A stretch of 64,000 nt of DNA from assembly GCA_040954595.2 (NCBI GenBank), contig CM082589.2:6259186-6323185 (forward strand). The letters are read 5' to 3'. The notes under the pieces are model-generated. The model had not been told where the DNA came from. It worked only from the letters and a program-made list of their open reading frames with translations, and searched no databases. Within the stretch, counting starts at the first letter, position 1. Each line of letters starts with the position of its first letter. Position numbers and translations under genes: made by a program. Shown here in pieces: positions 28,401-40,651 of this stretch. Source of the DNA: Balanoglossus misakiensis (Eukaryota; Animalia; Hemichordata).

Positions 28401-31400
28401 GAAATAGCCAACGGAAAATCCATGCATTTTTTTTAGATCCCGGTTGTGTTTTGTTCGTTGCAATTCAAATCATGTCAATAATACTTGAAGACTATTCACT
28501 ACATGATTTCTGACAGTTTCACTAATTCTTGATTTCTTGTTTCAGATCTGAAGGTAGAGTGTGCTATTCCGGATGACCTGGACGCCACAATCAGTCAAAG
28601 TGTGCTATTTGACAGTGGCACACCAGATGGCGTGGCATCTATTGTGTTGCCGATACAGGAGATCCAGGCCCCAGGTGAGTGTACATCTATACAGACACGC
28701 ATGTAGACCGTCAGTCAGGCAGTGCAGGCAGGCAGATAGACAGACAGAGGGACACACAGACAGACATGGGATAGAAGCCAGAAACAGAATGGCACAGAGA
28801 CAGACAGACAGGCAGACAGATAGATAGACAGACAGATAGACAGACAGAGACAGACAGACAAACAGACAATATATGCCAGAAGCGGACATTAAAGGATGCT
28901 GACTACTATCTAAATGAACACATTTTCTCTGTTTCCAGTCAGAGTTGCAATTCTGGTCTACAGCAATCTACGTGACCATATTTCTAATAAAGCAATAGTT
29001 GGTAATCCATCCTGTCCAGAAGACGCAGACGGTAAAAGGCAGCCACACCAGACAGAAGTGACAGTCGGCGGTGACGTCACATCGTTCATAGCCAGCTCTG
29101 ACCTTGGCGCAATCAAGAACTTTAATGACAAGTCGGTCCACATTTACTTAAGAAACGACGAGGTAACTTCAATCTTTTTTTCTAACTATTGACCAACGTC
29201 TTACGCAGTCTTCAAATCACCCTTTGTCCCACGTGATAGTCCATTAAACCATTAAACACCGACCTGTGTTTAAATGAAAAACAAAATCAGCCCCGTACAC
29301 ATCAATCAACGCTAGATTTTGATTATTCTGTCTGTCAGCAGAGATTGCTTGCTGTTCCTCGCTCATCCTGCATTACGAGGTAATTACCGACCCAAGGCAG
29401 CCTGCAAAGTGTCTAAATTACTTGATACAGAAACCTGCCACGTTACACTAATTTGCGTGCATTGCTGAGTAACACTGTCGTTCCAGATTTATTCAGAAAA
29501 AGCGTAAATTGTGATTTTCTTGTTAAAGCCTCGTCAGCTACGTCTTTCATGATATTTTCAGGATTTTAGTGTGAATCAAACTTCGGTGTCCGTTTACTTA
29601 TACTTGTCAAGAGATCGACGTGTGCATGTACCTTTTTGTTAGAACACTTATGCTTATCAAAGGTGGGAGACTATGCACTCTACAGATTTCACCGCCAGTG
29701 TACAGCGCCATTTGCATGTAGAAATTATTTACACATGCATCTAATGTAAACAAATCAACAACAATGAAATACGATAAATTTCCTATTTGTTTACAAGCAA
29801 GTCCGTCGGTAAAGTTTATGATTTAAGACGCATTTATGTAAACTGTCCGAACAAAAGAATGCATAAGATACGGTTTTAAAGACTAACCATATATTATCAA
29901 GAGTACATTCAACATGAAGGGGAAAGCTAACTGCTATATGCTTTAATATCTGTTCTTGCAGATCCCATCAGAGAGCAGAGCACTATGTGGACACTGGATG
30001 TTTCATCACAAGTGAGTATATCACAGTGGCGTTAGGCAACATTATATGAGGTGACTGTTATTTGCCATGTATTGTGAGTGTAGCAATACATGCATATGTG
30101 AATTTCTGCGGTCTTGTCAAGCCTGTGATGATATGTTTCCCAGTGAATCTTCGCCATACTCAAAACTATTTCCGCGTGTATTTTTCACAGTGAACAGGGA
30201 GGAATTTGGTCGGACGAGGGATGTGTAGTCGAAGAAGACAGCTCCGACAAATCGTACACAACTTGCAAGTGCAGCCATCTTACAAACTTTGCCGTTCTCA
30301 TGCAAGTCTCTCCGAACGAGGTATGTGTCCACTTAGCGTGTCTTGTGTACGGGTTGCAATGTGTGTTCGAGTGCACGGTTTCTCGAAGCAACAGCGTTCT
30401 CATACCCGGTTCGTGTTAAAAGGACATCAAGGTGTTAATAAAAGCTCTAAACTCAGTCGCATTGTCCTGTTCAGTACTTAAAAGTCTGCCGTCAAATTGC
30501 TCTTCGCGACATTATTAGATTTCGAAGGAAGTCTCTGCAAAGGGGAAGGGAAGGTACCCAATCACGTGAGCATATCCCTGGATAACGTTTATTCCCGGGG
30601 CGGCGTGACACCCTACCTTATTTAGGAAATTACGTCGCTTAGGGGTTTCCTTCGCCAGTACCGTACTGCAAGCGATTTTTCCAATTAGAGACGTATGTTG
30701 GGTTGCAGCAGTCAATACGGCCGCGCTGTCCGTGCTGATTTTCACCGAGAGCACACGTCAGTCACGATAACGATCACGGAGTGTAATCCAGTAGTGCAGC
30801 GTGAGGTACTATTACTTGACACATCAGGGGAGATTTGATTGATGTTTAATTTCTCGTTGACGGTTTACTTGTTAATCCAGGCCATCTTCTCTTTGACAAA
30901 CAGAGTAATAATTCTCATCCTCGCCAGGATTTAGCAAATAACTGCAACTATCACCAAGGAAAAAATAATAATGACCGCGGCCAACGTGTCAACACGAACC
31001 TGCAAAGTTAATGCTAGTCCACAGTAACTTTATGTTTCTTCGAAATTGTTATACTCCATAGGGGAGCGGTTAAAAAAAGTTACAATCGCAGAAACCACAT
31101 TGGTATTTTATTCAAGACTATTACGCAGTTGATTATATCAAATGGTGTAACTCAGAATATTGACACACATCGAATTAAGTTTATAACCCGACACGCATTC
31201 TCGGTTTGATAGATAACTCACAAACTGTCCTCGGGCGATTTCATCATTTTAAATGAGTTACTCTGAAATACTTTCGATCTGCATGTTATTTGTAGGAAAT
31301 GGCTCTTCTGCTTTCTCGAGCGTGACAATCTGATTGAGAACGCTGCGTGATGGATTCCAAAACTCTTAGTGAAATAAAAAAACATAACTGAGAAATCGTT

Positions 31401-34400
31401 TTGCTATTCATTGCGGATGTTGTAACATTTATGAAATGGAAAATGCACAGCAGGGAAAAGTGGCAATCGCGTTGATTAACCACAGCGGTCACCTGTGCCA
31501 AAAATAAACTAGGGTCGGTCAGCAAAGACGTTTTTTGGAAACTGCGTGTGCTGTTATCGTTTAACGGCGGAGACAGAACTATTGCGTATGCACATGTCTC
31601 TCCCTATAGACACGCGTGACGAGGAATAAATTAGTTGGATTGTTATGAAAAGGGTTATTGAAGTTGTTCAACATGAGATTTCGAAGGTTTTCATTTCATA
31701 TGAGCGTGATTGTCATCTCGACGTGAAGATCATCTCCATTGGCAACAGTGCGACTCAGGTGTGTTGACATTGCTTGGGAGTCCAAGGACGTGGTCACCCT
31801 AATTGTGGCGAGATAATCATCGCTTTATTAACAGCCTTAGTAGATCAGTTTTCGCTCGTAGCGAGATCTCGCGAGACTTGGTTAATTACCGTAGCAACGG
31901 GTTGTGGGGCTGCCAGTGGTAACTCCACCGCTATAATTCCACCGTCATAAAATAAAACTTTGCAGAGGCTATTCCAGCTGTATAATTTAATACTTTATTG
32001 GCAAGCGCATACACTCCAACGCGGATGCATTTGCCAAAAGATATAAAATAAATTAATTTCCATTTGAATGGCGACGTCTCGACGATATTTATAATAGAGG
32101 GATAAGACGCAATCAAAGAAGATGCGGCGTTACGTATACATAAAGCGTTTCCAGTTTTCTCACACGGCGAATTGTGAAACTATCTGATCCAACCAGATTG
32201 GTTTCACTATGACGACATAGGTGTATAATGCAATACGGCTAATAGAACCTACTTTCTCTTGATATGTGCCAGTTTATTTTGGCGTACATTTTCTGACATG
32301 AAAACACGTGTTACAATCATTGATGTAGTATCGTCCCGCGAAGATAGCTTTTTCTCTTGACAGACATAACGCTTTTAAAACCATAAAATGCCGTGACGAG
32401 AAACATGGGTAATGCTTTTACCGGAGTTCATTGCCATACTCCTGTTGTCGCGTGATACAAATTTCATGCGAAATTATATATGTACATGTAATGTTAGTTC
32501 TTTAGAGAGAGGGCTAAAACGACACCAACATGCATGCCGTCTTGGGAAACGCGGATATTTCTTTCAGCAGATGCTTTTATCAGTACTTGTGGACGTCGCT
32601 TCTTGTCGCCTTATGCAAAATTAATGCAAAATTCTTCTTTGACAGCGCCTTCGGGAAAGGCGTGGGTGACATCAACAGGTATTTACGAGATAATTAAGAA
32701 TCATCGACATGTTGTGTTTTGTGTTTGGAATCCAATCTGCTTGACTAATTGCTTTGGGTTTACAGATTTATTGGATTTGGGATTAACTCGTAAATCCCGC
32801 CGTTTCTCAAGGCTATTCAACGGGCCTTTAGAACGCGAAATAATTAATTTCTGTCTTGACAAGACAAGGGTTGACGACATCGAAGCCAAAACAGCGAACG
32901 TGCCGGCTTTTCTATTTGCCATCTCATTTTAGCTGCGAAATTGGAAGCTAATGTAGAATTGAACTTGTTATCAATATTTGTTTATGAGGCTAGAAATTGC
33001 GTGTAATTTGGTATCGTTACGCTTGTTTGCATTGCATTTTTCGTCAATTTTCTGGCAATTTCGTCTCGTGTTAGTTAGTAGCGCCGACCAGGCGTGTAGT
33101 ATCTCGTTCCACACGCGGACAAAATAGCTCATAAAACGGGTGACATTACGCGCGCTCTCATTCTAAAAGGTGTGTTATGAAAGGTCTGCTGATAGCCCGA
33201 TAAATCATTCTGGTTAGGTATTTTTAGTAGACCTTCATCATATTGGACTTGACAAGCGCCCTCTTCTACGGTGACAGTAACCAGTCACCGTATGTTTGTC
33301 AAAAATAGTACTTCAAAATTACATTGTCAAAGTCCCAGGAACTAATTATTGCGACAAACCTTTTTAAAAGGTTGGTATGTTGTACAGTAAAGGTATACTG
33401 TTACCTTTGAAAATATATATCAACAGTATGGAAAGTTGAGATCTATAGCCAACCACAAATTCATACATATGTAATTATCTGAGCTGTATAACTTTTTGTT
33501 CATTTCTTTTCTCCCTGCAGATTCCGCTGTCGCCTGGTCATTCAATTGCTTTGGAGAACCTGACGTATATCTGCAGTTGTTGTTCCATCTTCTGTCTTCT
33601 CATGACTCTCGGCTGTTACTCCTACCTCAGGTGAGAAACATGTACATGTAGCTGCAGAGTATCTGATGCCGGGCTTTCACCCTTTGGTATTCACAGTAAA
33701 TACTTTGAACACAGCAGTCGGTTGTGTACCCACGCTTTGACGAGCGTATAAAGCACGTTATGAATTGATTAATAGATAAAGTCAAAAATATTTCAGTTTA
33801 AAAGTCAAATTTCTAATACTAAATTAGATGTGACACGGATTATATTTTAACCCATCCCATCAGTATTGCTGTAAGTTATGGGGAAGCAAGATTACATTAC
33901 TTTTTTTGGTCTAATCCAGGCTTTGGAAATCGCAGCGAATAATCCTACACGGCAACCTAGCCGTTTCCTTGGCCATTGCCCAGACGACATATTTGCTCGG
34001 TATCGAAGCCAAGCCAGAGGTGAGTCGCGTATCTTGTACATTTTAATATCCCAGAAACATGCCCATTTACTTAAATTATCACCATCGAAGGATCGACTTC
34101 CACAATATTGAAAAAAAAAAAGATTTGTTATGACGGAAATATCTTCTGTTAATCTGGTATTAGTCCTGTCCAGAAGGTATAATCCATCTGAATTAACGAA
34201 CATAAGCCCTAACACCGGTTGAGCTTTGTGTCATGAAGGTGCCTGGATGCTGTCATATTTTCAATGGATGAATACTTGGACATTAAGCATAATGTGTGGT
34301 CAATACTCTGAATGATTGAGCGAAAATATAGCAAATACACAAGTCTCTAGCACAAGGCATCTCGGGTGCAACTATTCAGTGTGAGACTTGTAGGCGAAGC

Positions 34401-37400
34401 AAGGTTAGAACTTATTCTTGGGGCCGATTTTTGAATCATATTATTTGTTTTGTATTAAATTGTTTTTGATGTAATGTCTGTGTCATTAAAAGACAACAAT
34501 CCTACGTTTGTTATCGTAATATTATTGTTTTCTTCCACAGCCCCTGTGCACTATGGTGGCCGTGTTACTCCATTACTTTTTCACAGCCTCGTTTTCGTGG
34601 ATGTTGATAGAGGGCGCTAATCTGTACATCAAATCAATCTTCGTCTTTGCCAAGGAGGTCCCGACTCTTGGTCTTGTGGCTGCCGGCTGGGGTAAATACA
34701 AGTTGGTGTTATTAATTTGAAGAGAATTTGCTTCTTCATTTGCCGCTTTGCTTCTTTTTGACATTAAACTCTCGTCATTTCTATTCCACAGGTATGCCTG
34801 CGATTATCGTTGGCATTGCTTTGGGAATACGATTCGAGGGATACGGTAGAGATGGCGTGTAAGTGATATTTTTGTCATACATTGTTTCTAGATTGCTGTC
34901 TGTTAATTGCTATAGGCTAATCTCCTGTTAAAATACGCGTATCTTCGATGGTGCATTTAACAGAAGCGATTACTTAATTCGGTGACGTAAGAAACACACC
35001 CTTCGACAATTACAGTATACGAATCCCAGTCCCATGTCTCTTTGAGAAATCAGGTGTCTCATTATTGAGTGTGGGGTTCAGATTTTAGTCATGTATTTTA
35101 GATAAACGCCAACATGTCCAAACTGATGAACACCCATATTCCAACAGGTGCTGGTTGTCCTTTGAAGATGGCTTGATCTGGGCCTTCGCTGGACCCGTGA
35201 TCTTCGTTATTCTGGTGAGTATGGTTTTCAGCGAGAGACAAAAACCATTAATATCTGGTGAAGGGATGTAGAAATTGCTTTCTAATAAAAAGATGTGCTG
35301 GGTAATTAAGTTACGGCAAATTTGTCAACCGTGAAAAAGATAACATTGTTGTGAAATATGAAGTTAAACATCCAATGATGAAATCCAGGTTTGATTTTCT
35401 AGGATGGCGAAGGTGCTATTTCGATCCACTGAATATGTTTATCAGAATTTACAACTTCGCGGCCACTCACTTCCTGGTAAGAATACGCACTTAAACACGT
35501 TTATGCATTTTACTCAAACAGGCGAATGCCGTGATTCTCATTTTGGTTTTACGAGTATTTATGACTTTAAAAGCAAACGCCGACAAGACTGACGTTCAGC
35601 GATTAAGGTAAGGTACTCTGATGTACGCATGGATGCATTTCTCGTGCCAATTTTCCAGTTTCGTTACTTTACCTGATTACCGGCGCTAGATTTGACCGTA
35701 GACTTCACAGCAACGTCAAAAATTGCACTTAAACGAATGGTTTTGCTATGCGCTAACATAATACCCGGGAGGCATTCCGGTTGGTACACGCACGATGCTA
35801 TGTATAGGCGGTATGTACCTGCACTTGGGGGAAATTACGTGAGGAGATATATGGAGGACTGTCTTGAGTCACGCGAGTGGTGTCGTGTGTATGCCCATGC
35901 GTGTTTACAACGTCGATTGATGTTTCCGCTACAATAATGAAACCGATATCGAGCACGTATATTATATACAACGGTCTCTAAGAATACGGCATCGAAGTGT
36001 ATTTTCAATTGCAAGAATGTAAGATTAATTATCATACCATCACGATATAAAACTACAAGGATGATTCGGCAGAGAGAGAGAGAGGGGGAGAGAGAGAGAG
36101 AGTGTGTGTGTGTGTGAGTGATGACAGCACGTTGGAATCACTGAACATAGTGCAAATATGAAGATAGCCCGCAAGAAAGTTAAATAAACTTAAAAATTGC
36201 ACATGTTTAATAGAATGGAGGCGTATTATCACCTTCTTGTGGCTATATGGCGCTACACCAGAAAAAATTCACATACGTGTAATTAAATATTTGCTTGGTG
36301 ACTTCTTTGATGCTGTCATCGATCACTGTGCATATTGTTCTAGCCTTCACAGTCTGTGAGAATTGATGGGTCGAAATGAATAACGCCAATGGCCATAATT
36401 ATAACGCCTGATACATTCTCAGCAATATTACTCACATTGTCAAAACCTGATTAATTACATCTCATCAATTATTTCCTGTGTTAGGCTGCTTTATACGGAA
36501 TCTTAATTATTTCCGTCATAAATTCATTTGGAATTTTTTCTGTTGGTTTCTAAGGGTTGGAATTCGTGCCATCGTGATGCTGCAGCCGTTGCTTGGTCTG
36601 ACCTGGCTGTTTGGCGCCTTTGCCATCAACGAACACACAGTCATATTTCAATACTTGTTCATCGTCTGCAACGCGCTTCAGGTAGAGATTAAGAGTTATT
36701 ATAACTTACTGCGTTACACGTGACCATTGTTGTAATTAATCTCAACGTAGTGCATTAAATGCTCAACTATTTGTTTCAATCTGAACCACGAGTAATTTCG
36801 TTTATCGTTATTGGAATTTATTCGTCTGTGCATTAACCTTGTAAGGAATTGGTGACCATTGACAATTTCGTATATCGTACGTGTGATTCGTTTCAATGCA
36901 CTGTGGATGTGTTCGAAATAAGCTACTTTTTCAAATAATCAATGTTTGTCTGGTTTATTCTGCTTCAGGGTGTATTTATTTTCCTTCTCCACTGCGCAAT
37001 GAATGAAGAGGTGAGTACGCATGCGTTTTATGACGTCATTTTTCATCTGGAATAATGGCTCATTAGGAATTTAGATAAAAATAGGAGACCTTATAATTTT
37101 AAGATACATGGGGGCCTATATGCAAATATGGGGACTAAACAACCAGGTTATCAGAACTTCCAGCCGTATTCTGATGCAAAATGACATGCTGACGTAGTAT
37201 GACGTACATTGAGAATATTGACATTAATCTTTCTGTCCAGTGAAATTTGAAATTCAATTATCAACAATAACATTTCTTGCTATGGAGGCGGATATATACG
37301 CGGTGTTGATTCTCCGAATAGCGGACATTTTAGCATGCTTTTAACAATCCACAGAAAAATAAATTGGAGTTGACACCATCAATTACCAATAATGCCCCGT

Positions 37401-37606
37401 CTAAGCTGGGCATTCAATCGGTGCATGTTTCACCAAACCCACTGTTGTTTGTTTCTTGTTTTTAAAAATGTTAGGTGAAACAAGCGTTTCTCAAGAAGCG
37501 ACGCGTCAAGTCGTCACAGGCCGGCACAACCACGCTGTCGATGCGAGACGCGACGTCGTCCACGGCACTGCACACCAAGACACCAGGCGAAAGTGTCAAA
37601 TTCTAG
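22352..37606 (+). CDS. Adhesion GPCR, ADGRD/GPR133-like (LamG/pentraxin + GAIN/GPS + secretin-type 7TM), 20 coding exons, about 907 aa
   Basis: Manual splice model with GT-AG introns and consistent phases: 22352-22439, 23055-23708, 24033-24170, 24375-24439, 24677-24859, 26335-26400, 28145-28259, 28546-28674, 28939-29162, 29962-30011, 30191-30320, 33521-33630, 33920-34019, 34541-34691, 34792-34858, 35148-35214, 35522-35607, 36555-36681, 36969-37010, 37475-37606 (2724 nt, TAG at 37604). Motifs: [28 protein letters not shown] (LamG); CGHW...WSDEGC...CKCSHL|TNFAVLMQV (GPS); [55 protein letters not shown] (7TM). Subfamily assignment is inferred from domain architecture. Confidence 0.93.
22778..22894. 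mobile_element. Palindromic MITE-like hairpin element in an aGPCR intron
   Basis: Arms aaataccgcaaagtatgcac...ggacattagcgc and gcgcttatgtcc...gtgcatactttgcggtattt pair around an 11-nt loop. Confidence 0.6.
23055..23708 (+). CDS. aGPCR exon, LamG/pentraxin-like domain
   Basis: ttttcag acceptor, open frame continuous with ORF 23186..23749, donor g|gtatgt. LamG motifs [36 protein letters not shown]. Confidence 0.92.
23808..23854 (+). repeat. Dispersed direct repeat (second copy at 18738-18784)
   Basis: tttattaaatgcct......ttttagttctatcattgaaataacgac is shared between the two loci. Confidence 0.7.
24033..24170 (+). CDS. aGPCR exon, end of LamG domain
   Basis: DFHVGG...[16 protein letters not shown], the typical LamG C-terminal strands; cag acceptor and gtaggt donor. 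Confidence 0.9.
24375..24439 (+). CDS. aGPCR exon, Thr/Ser/Pro-rich linker
   Basis: ccacag acceptor, [22 protein letters not shown], donor gtcagt; bridges phase 1 to phase 0. Confidence 0.8.
24677..24859 (+). CDS. aGPCR exon, probable start of GAIN subdomain A
   Basis: gagcag acceptor, LQDIHDDG...[23 protein letters not shown], donor gtgagt. Confidence 0.78.
26335..26400 (+). CDS. aGPCR exon (GAIN A)
   Basis: ttccag acceptor, [22 protein letters not shown], donor gtttgt, phase 0-0. Confidence 0.75.
26561..26660. repeat. GA/GACA-rich low-complexity repeat
   Basis: Degenerate purine-rich repeat. Confidence 0.8.
28145..28259 (+). CDS. aGPCR exon (GAIN)
   Basis: ttacag acceptor, [21 protein letters not shown]...VDTPNI, donor gtaaga. 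Confidence 0.85.
28546..28674 (+). CDS. aGPCR exon (GAIN B)
   Basis: tttcag acceptor, DLKVECAIP...[13 protein letters not shown], donor gtgagt. Confidence 0.85.
28725..28868. repeat. Degenerate (CAGA)n microsatellite
   Basis: Direct repeat inside an intron. Confidence 0.85.
28939..29162 (+). CDS. aGPCR exon (GAIN B)
   Basis: ttccag acceptor, [15 protein letters not shown]...VGGDVTSF...[10 protein letters not shown], donor gtaact. Confidence 0.88.
29962..30011 (+). CDS. aGPCR exon, first half of GPS
   Basis: ttgcag acceptor, [16 protein letters not shown], donor gtgagt, phase 2. Confidence 0.88.
30191..30320 (+). CDS. aGPCR exon, GPS cleavage site and Stachel
   Basis: [39 protein letters not shown]; tcacag acceptor, gtatgt donor. 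Confidence 0.96.
33521..33630 (+). CDS. aGPCR exon, TM1
   Basis: [31 protein letters not shown]; ctgcag acceptor, gtgaga donor. Confidence 0.93.
33920..34019 (+). CDS. aGPCR exon, TM2
   Basis: [33 protein letters not shown]; atccag acceptor, gtgagt donor. Confidence 0.93.
34541..34691 (+). CDS. aGPCR exon, TM3 to start of TM4
   Basis: [27 protein letters not shown]...AAGWG; ccacag acceptor, gtaaat donor. Confidence 0.96.
34792..34858 (+). CDS. aGPCR exon, TM4 and ECL2
   Basis: [23 protein letters not shown]; ccacag acceptor, gtaagt donor. Confidence 0.93.
35148..35214 (+). CDS. aGPCR exon, ECL2 and TM5
   Basis: [22 protein letters not shown]; caacag acceptor, gtgagt donor. Confidence 0.95.
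35522..35607 (+). CDS. aGPCR exon, TM5 and ICL3
   Basis: [29 protein letters not shown]; aaacag acceptor, gtaagg donor. Confidence 0.92.
36071..36116. repeat. (GA)n(GT)n microsatellite
   Basis: Dinucleotide repeats. Confidence 0.9.
36555..36681 (+). CDS. aGPCR exon, TM6 to TM7
   Basis: [42 protein letters not shown]; tctaag acceptor, gtagag donor. Confidence 0.94.
36969..37010 (+). CDS. aGPCR exon, end of TM7
   Basis: [14 protein letters not shown]; cttcag acceptor, gtgagt donor. Confidence 0.94.
37475..37606 (+). CDS. aGPCR last coding exon, helix 8 and C-tail
   Basis: [17 protein letters not shown]...GESVKF*; tgttag acceptor. Confidence 0.88.
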   Translation: MKQAFLKKRRVKSSQAGTTTLSMRDATSSTALHTKTPGESVKF

Positions 37607-38440
37607 ACACGCTCTCCTTTCAAAACTACAGACGTTTTCTCCTCTGCTTTTGACGTCATACCTGACGCATTTCAGTTCGTAGAAATGGGTATTGGCTTCG
37701 TATCGTCTTAAATGATCTTGATTTGGTGCAAGTCATTCGACATTACAGTGATTGCTCGCCGGCATCGTATTATTTTTTAAATCACTTCTGATAGTCCATC
37801 CACTTTCCCGCCCAAATCCGTCCTGTTGTGCACTCTTTTATTTATCAAATACACAACTTTAAAAAAAATAATACTGATAAATTTGCGTAATATTTTTAGA
37901 CATATTTCTCACTCTTACAGGCTGTAAATGATAACAGCACTGCATATACATTTGTGAAGAGTAAAAATTTCTATTTTTCCCACCGCTGTGTTTGCAGTTA
38001 ATTGTCTATTAATATGTACATAACTTAATATGATTACTTGTTATAAACGTGCAACTGTATATGCACACACTGTCGATGTTATTTTCAAATACATGTACTT
38101 AAGTACCTATCGCGCTCCGTCCAAAGGAATTCGCTCACTTTCGCCGAAGACGACGCGCAAAACGTGTTTGTCAAAAGTAATTTGGGTCATTGACTGCACA
38201 TTGCTTCAATCCCATACATCGAACCAGGCCGAGTCATATCCGTTGTAAAAGGTTTGGAGTACCTTTATTGTAGTTCGCTTTGCGAGACTGAAGCAGAAAC
38301 AAAATATGGAGTCGTTCATTGGATAGATCTTCAGCCTTGTCTAAAATGCTACTCTTGTTAGTTCGAGCGAAGCACTATCTTTTCAAGTAAAGAGATTTGG
38401 CTAATTTAAATGCAAATGTCCAGGGATAATCTCAAGCAAA

Positions 38441-38486
38441 TAGACCATTTACCGGACTTCACGAGACCCTGCGAGATCTCGCGTGA
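38441..38486. repeat. Dispersed repeat terminus (related copies at about 9661-9703 and 24984-25029 in opposite orientation)
   Basis: tagaccatttaccggacttcacgagaccctgcgagatctcgcgtga is approximately the reverse complement of tcacgcaaggtctcgcagggtctcgcggagttcggaaaatagtata and of gcgagagctctcagcgtctagcggcgttcggaaaatggtcta. Confidence 0.55.
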
Positions 38487-40651
38487 TTGCACATCGTTTT
38501 CGATTTTTAAAATATGTTAAAATGTGTTAATTACCTTAAGATTTTCTGGATGTTCTTATTGCACAGAATATATTTTACTGTAAATAAGATTACATTTATA
38601 TATTACACGTCTGCTTATAAGTTATGAATATGTTATCAAGAATTGAAACCTTATCAACAGTTTGTATATAATTAATGGTTTTTCAGTGATAGGTCTTCTG
38701 TGATCAAAGTTTAAACACCCTTCTTACCTTCATGAAAAGAATGACGTCGCTTGAGAAAGAACAAAAACGTGTACATGTTGTGGATAGAATTAACGAGTTG
38801 GGCCAGGTTGATGATTTAAAAATATTTCTTAATAAAAGCCTAATTTCAGAGTCGTTTATTTTATTTTGATACCTAGAAAATGATAATTAGAATGTCGATT
38901 TTGAAAGCAGATGATCATTGTCTACTTTTCTGCAATTTTGTGGAGGAGAATCTGATCCAATGATGAAATGTTACATGCAGTCTGTTTATCACTCGACATT
39001 GAAATGTTTTGATGTCGAAATTTAGTAATATATCTGCAGACAAATTGAGCACATTGTATTGGTAATTGAAGTTGATGCTATGCCTCTTGGATACGTTAAA
39101 TTTCACTATAGACGTCGATAATTGTCAATTTTCGTGTTATATATTTACATACCACACTTTGGGATTTATAACTGTGCACGTAAAATGAAAAGTACCATGT
39201 CCAGCTAATGATGGGTAATACATTCAACCTGACGACATTCATGAAAACAGAATGGAATTTAGCATGTACAAAATTGAGTAATATACGAATGACACATAAG
39301 TTTATATACATATATGTATATGCATACATACATACATGTACATACGTACGTACATACATGTACACACATACATTCGATTTCTTCATTTCCGTCCAAAAAT
39401 ACTCAGTTTATTGTACGTTATTTTCTATATTTTGACGTGTACATTGTCACTGTTATTCTATTAAAGCACATATTTAACATATAAGCATAGCTTTCTGTCC
39501 TTATGTCACAAGTACTGAACTTAAATCCAGAGAAACGAAAGAATAAGCGTACTCGATATTGTCATGAAATACCTGACATTACACGCGCTTGGTAGCCCAA
39601 TGGTGTGAGGGTGCTCAATATGCTATGGGTTTACAGGTGATTGAGAAAAATAGGCAATATCCCTGATTTTCAGGTACAGGGTCCCCGTGCATGGTATGTC
39701 ACTCACCCATTGAGGGGCGGAGACTAGGTCACATGTCATATGCGCATATAGGCAACTCTTCCCACCTTCTGAGTCACTTCTGAGGTAGCCGTCTTGCAGC
39801 CAACAGTGCACTTCGTGTGCTCCTGATCCAATCTCTTGGCTACCGCTATTTTGCGTTTATTTACGTTCAACTCCATTTCTATGCATCACTAGTACGTCTC
39901 AGTGAGACTCGATTGCTAGATCGGTGGGTTAACGTAGCTATTTTTCCGGTGTTATTGCTTATTCGGTCCGTCTGAGTCGGGACGGGTGTTCTGTCGCCCA
40001 AGCCCAGCTTTACAAGTGCGTGTTCTGTCCACGCACAAGTCGAACGTTTCAGTGAGGTGACAGTCGTCATCCGAAGCTCGTTCACGTTACCACACTGCAG
40101 ATTTCTGTGGGAATTTCCCCAGAGTTCTTTATTAGTTGTTGAACCTGTAAAGTATTTGCAGTGTTTTCCGAGATTTCGTGACAATATTGTTGGCGCCGTA
40201 TGACCAGAACACTTAGTACAAGTATTGAAGCGGACCGTGTATCGATCTGTGTTAACCCTCATTAGCATATTACATAAGGGCTCTAATAACGGGCCACTGT
40301 CACGGTTTCCATGCTGTCATAAATTGAGACATTGACGTATTTCTGAATGTGTGTGGGCTGCAGGCTTTCACATTAAGACATGGACGACTTTTGAAAAAGC
40401 TGCTTTTCATTTTTACGGGAATTTTGATCTTGTATGCAAATATGACGGGATTTGAAGGTTACTGATGGTCATCTTGGTTATATAATACCCCGCTGGACTT
40501 TTGTTCTGTCATAGGCCCTGGCTCTTCTGTGTGATCTGATTGAACGTGTGACCCAGGTCGCCCTTTGTGGATCACAGTGCGAGCGCGTAATATAGAAGAC
40601 TGGGGTGCTGTATTCTCGTCTGAACGTTGCACTATACGCTCAGTATTTAAT

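Noticed and set aside
35403-35476. Possible extra aGPCR exon (ttctag...ctg|gtaaga)
   Set aside because: It has an in-frame TGA in the required phase, and the 7TM is complete without it. It could only be a poison exon, for which there is no evidence.
39590-39650. tRNA-like head GGTAGCCCAATGGT
   Set aside because: No B-box or T-arm follows.
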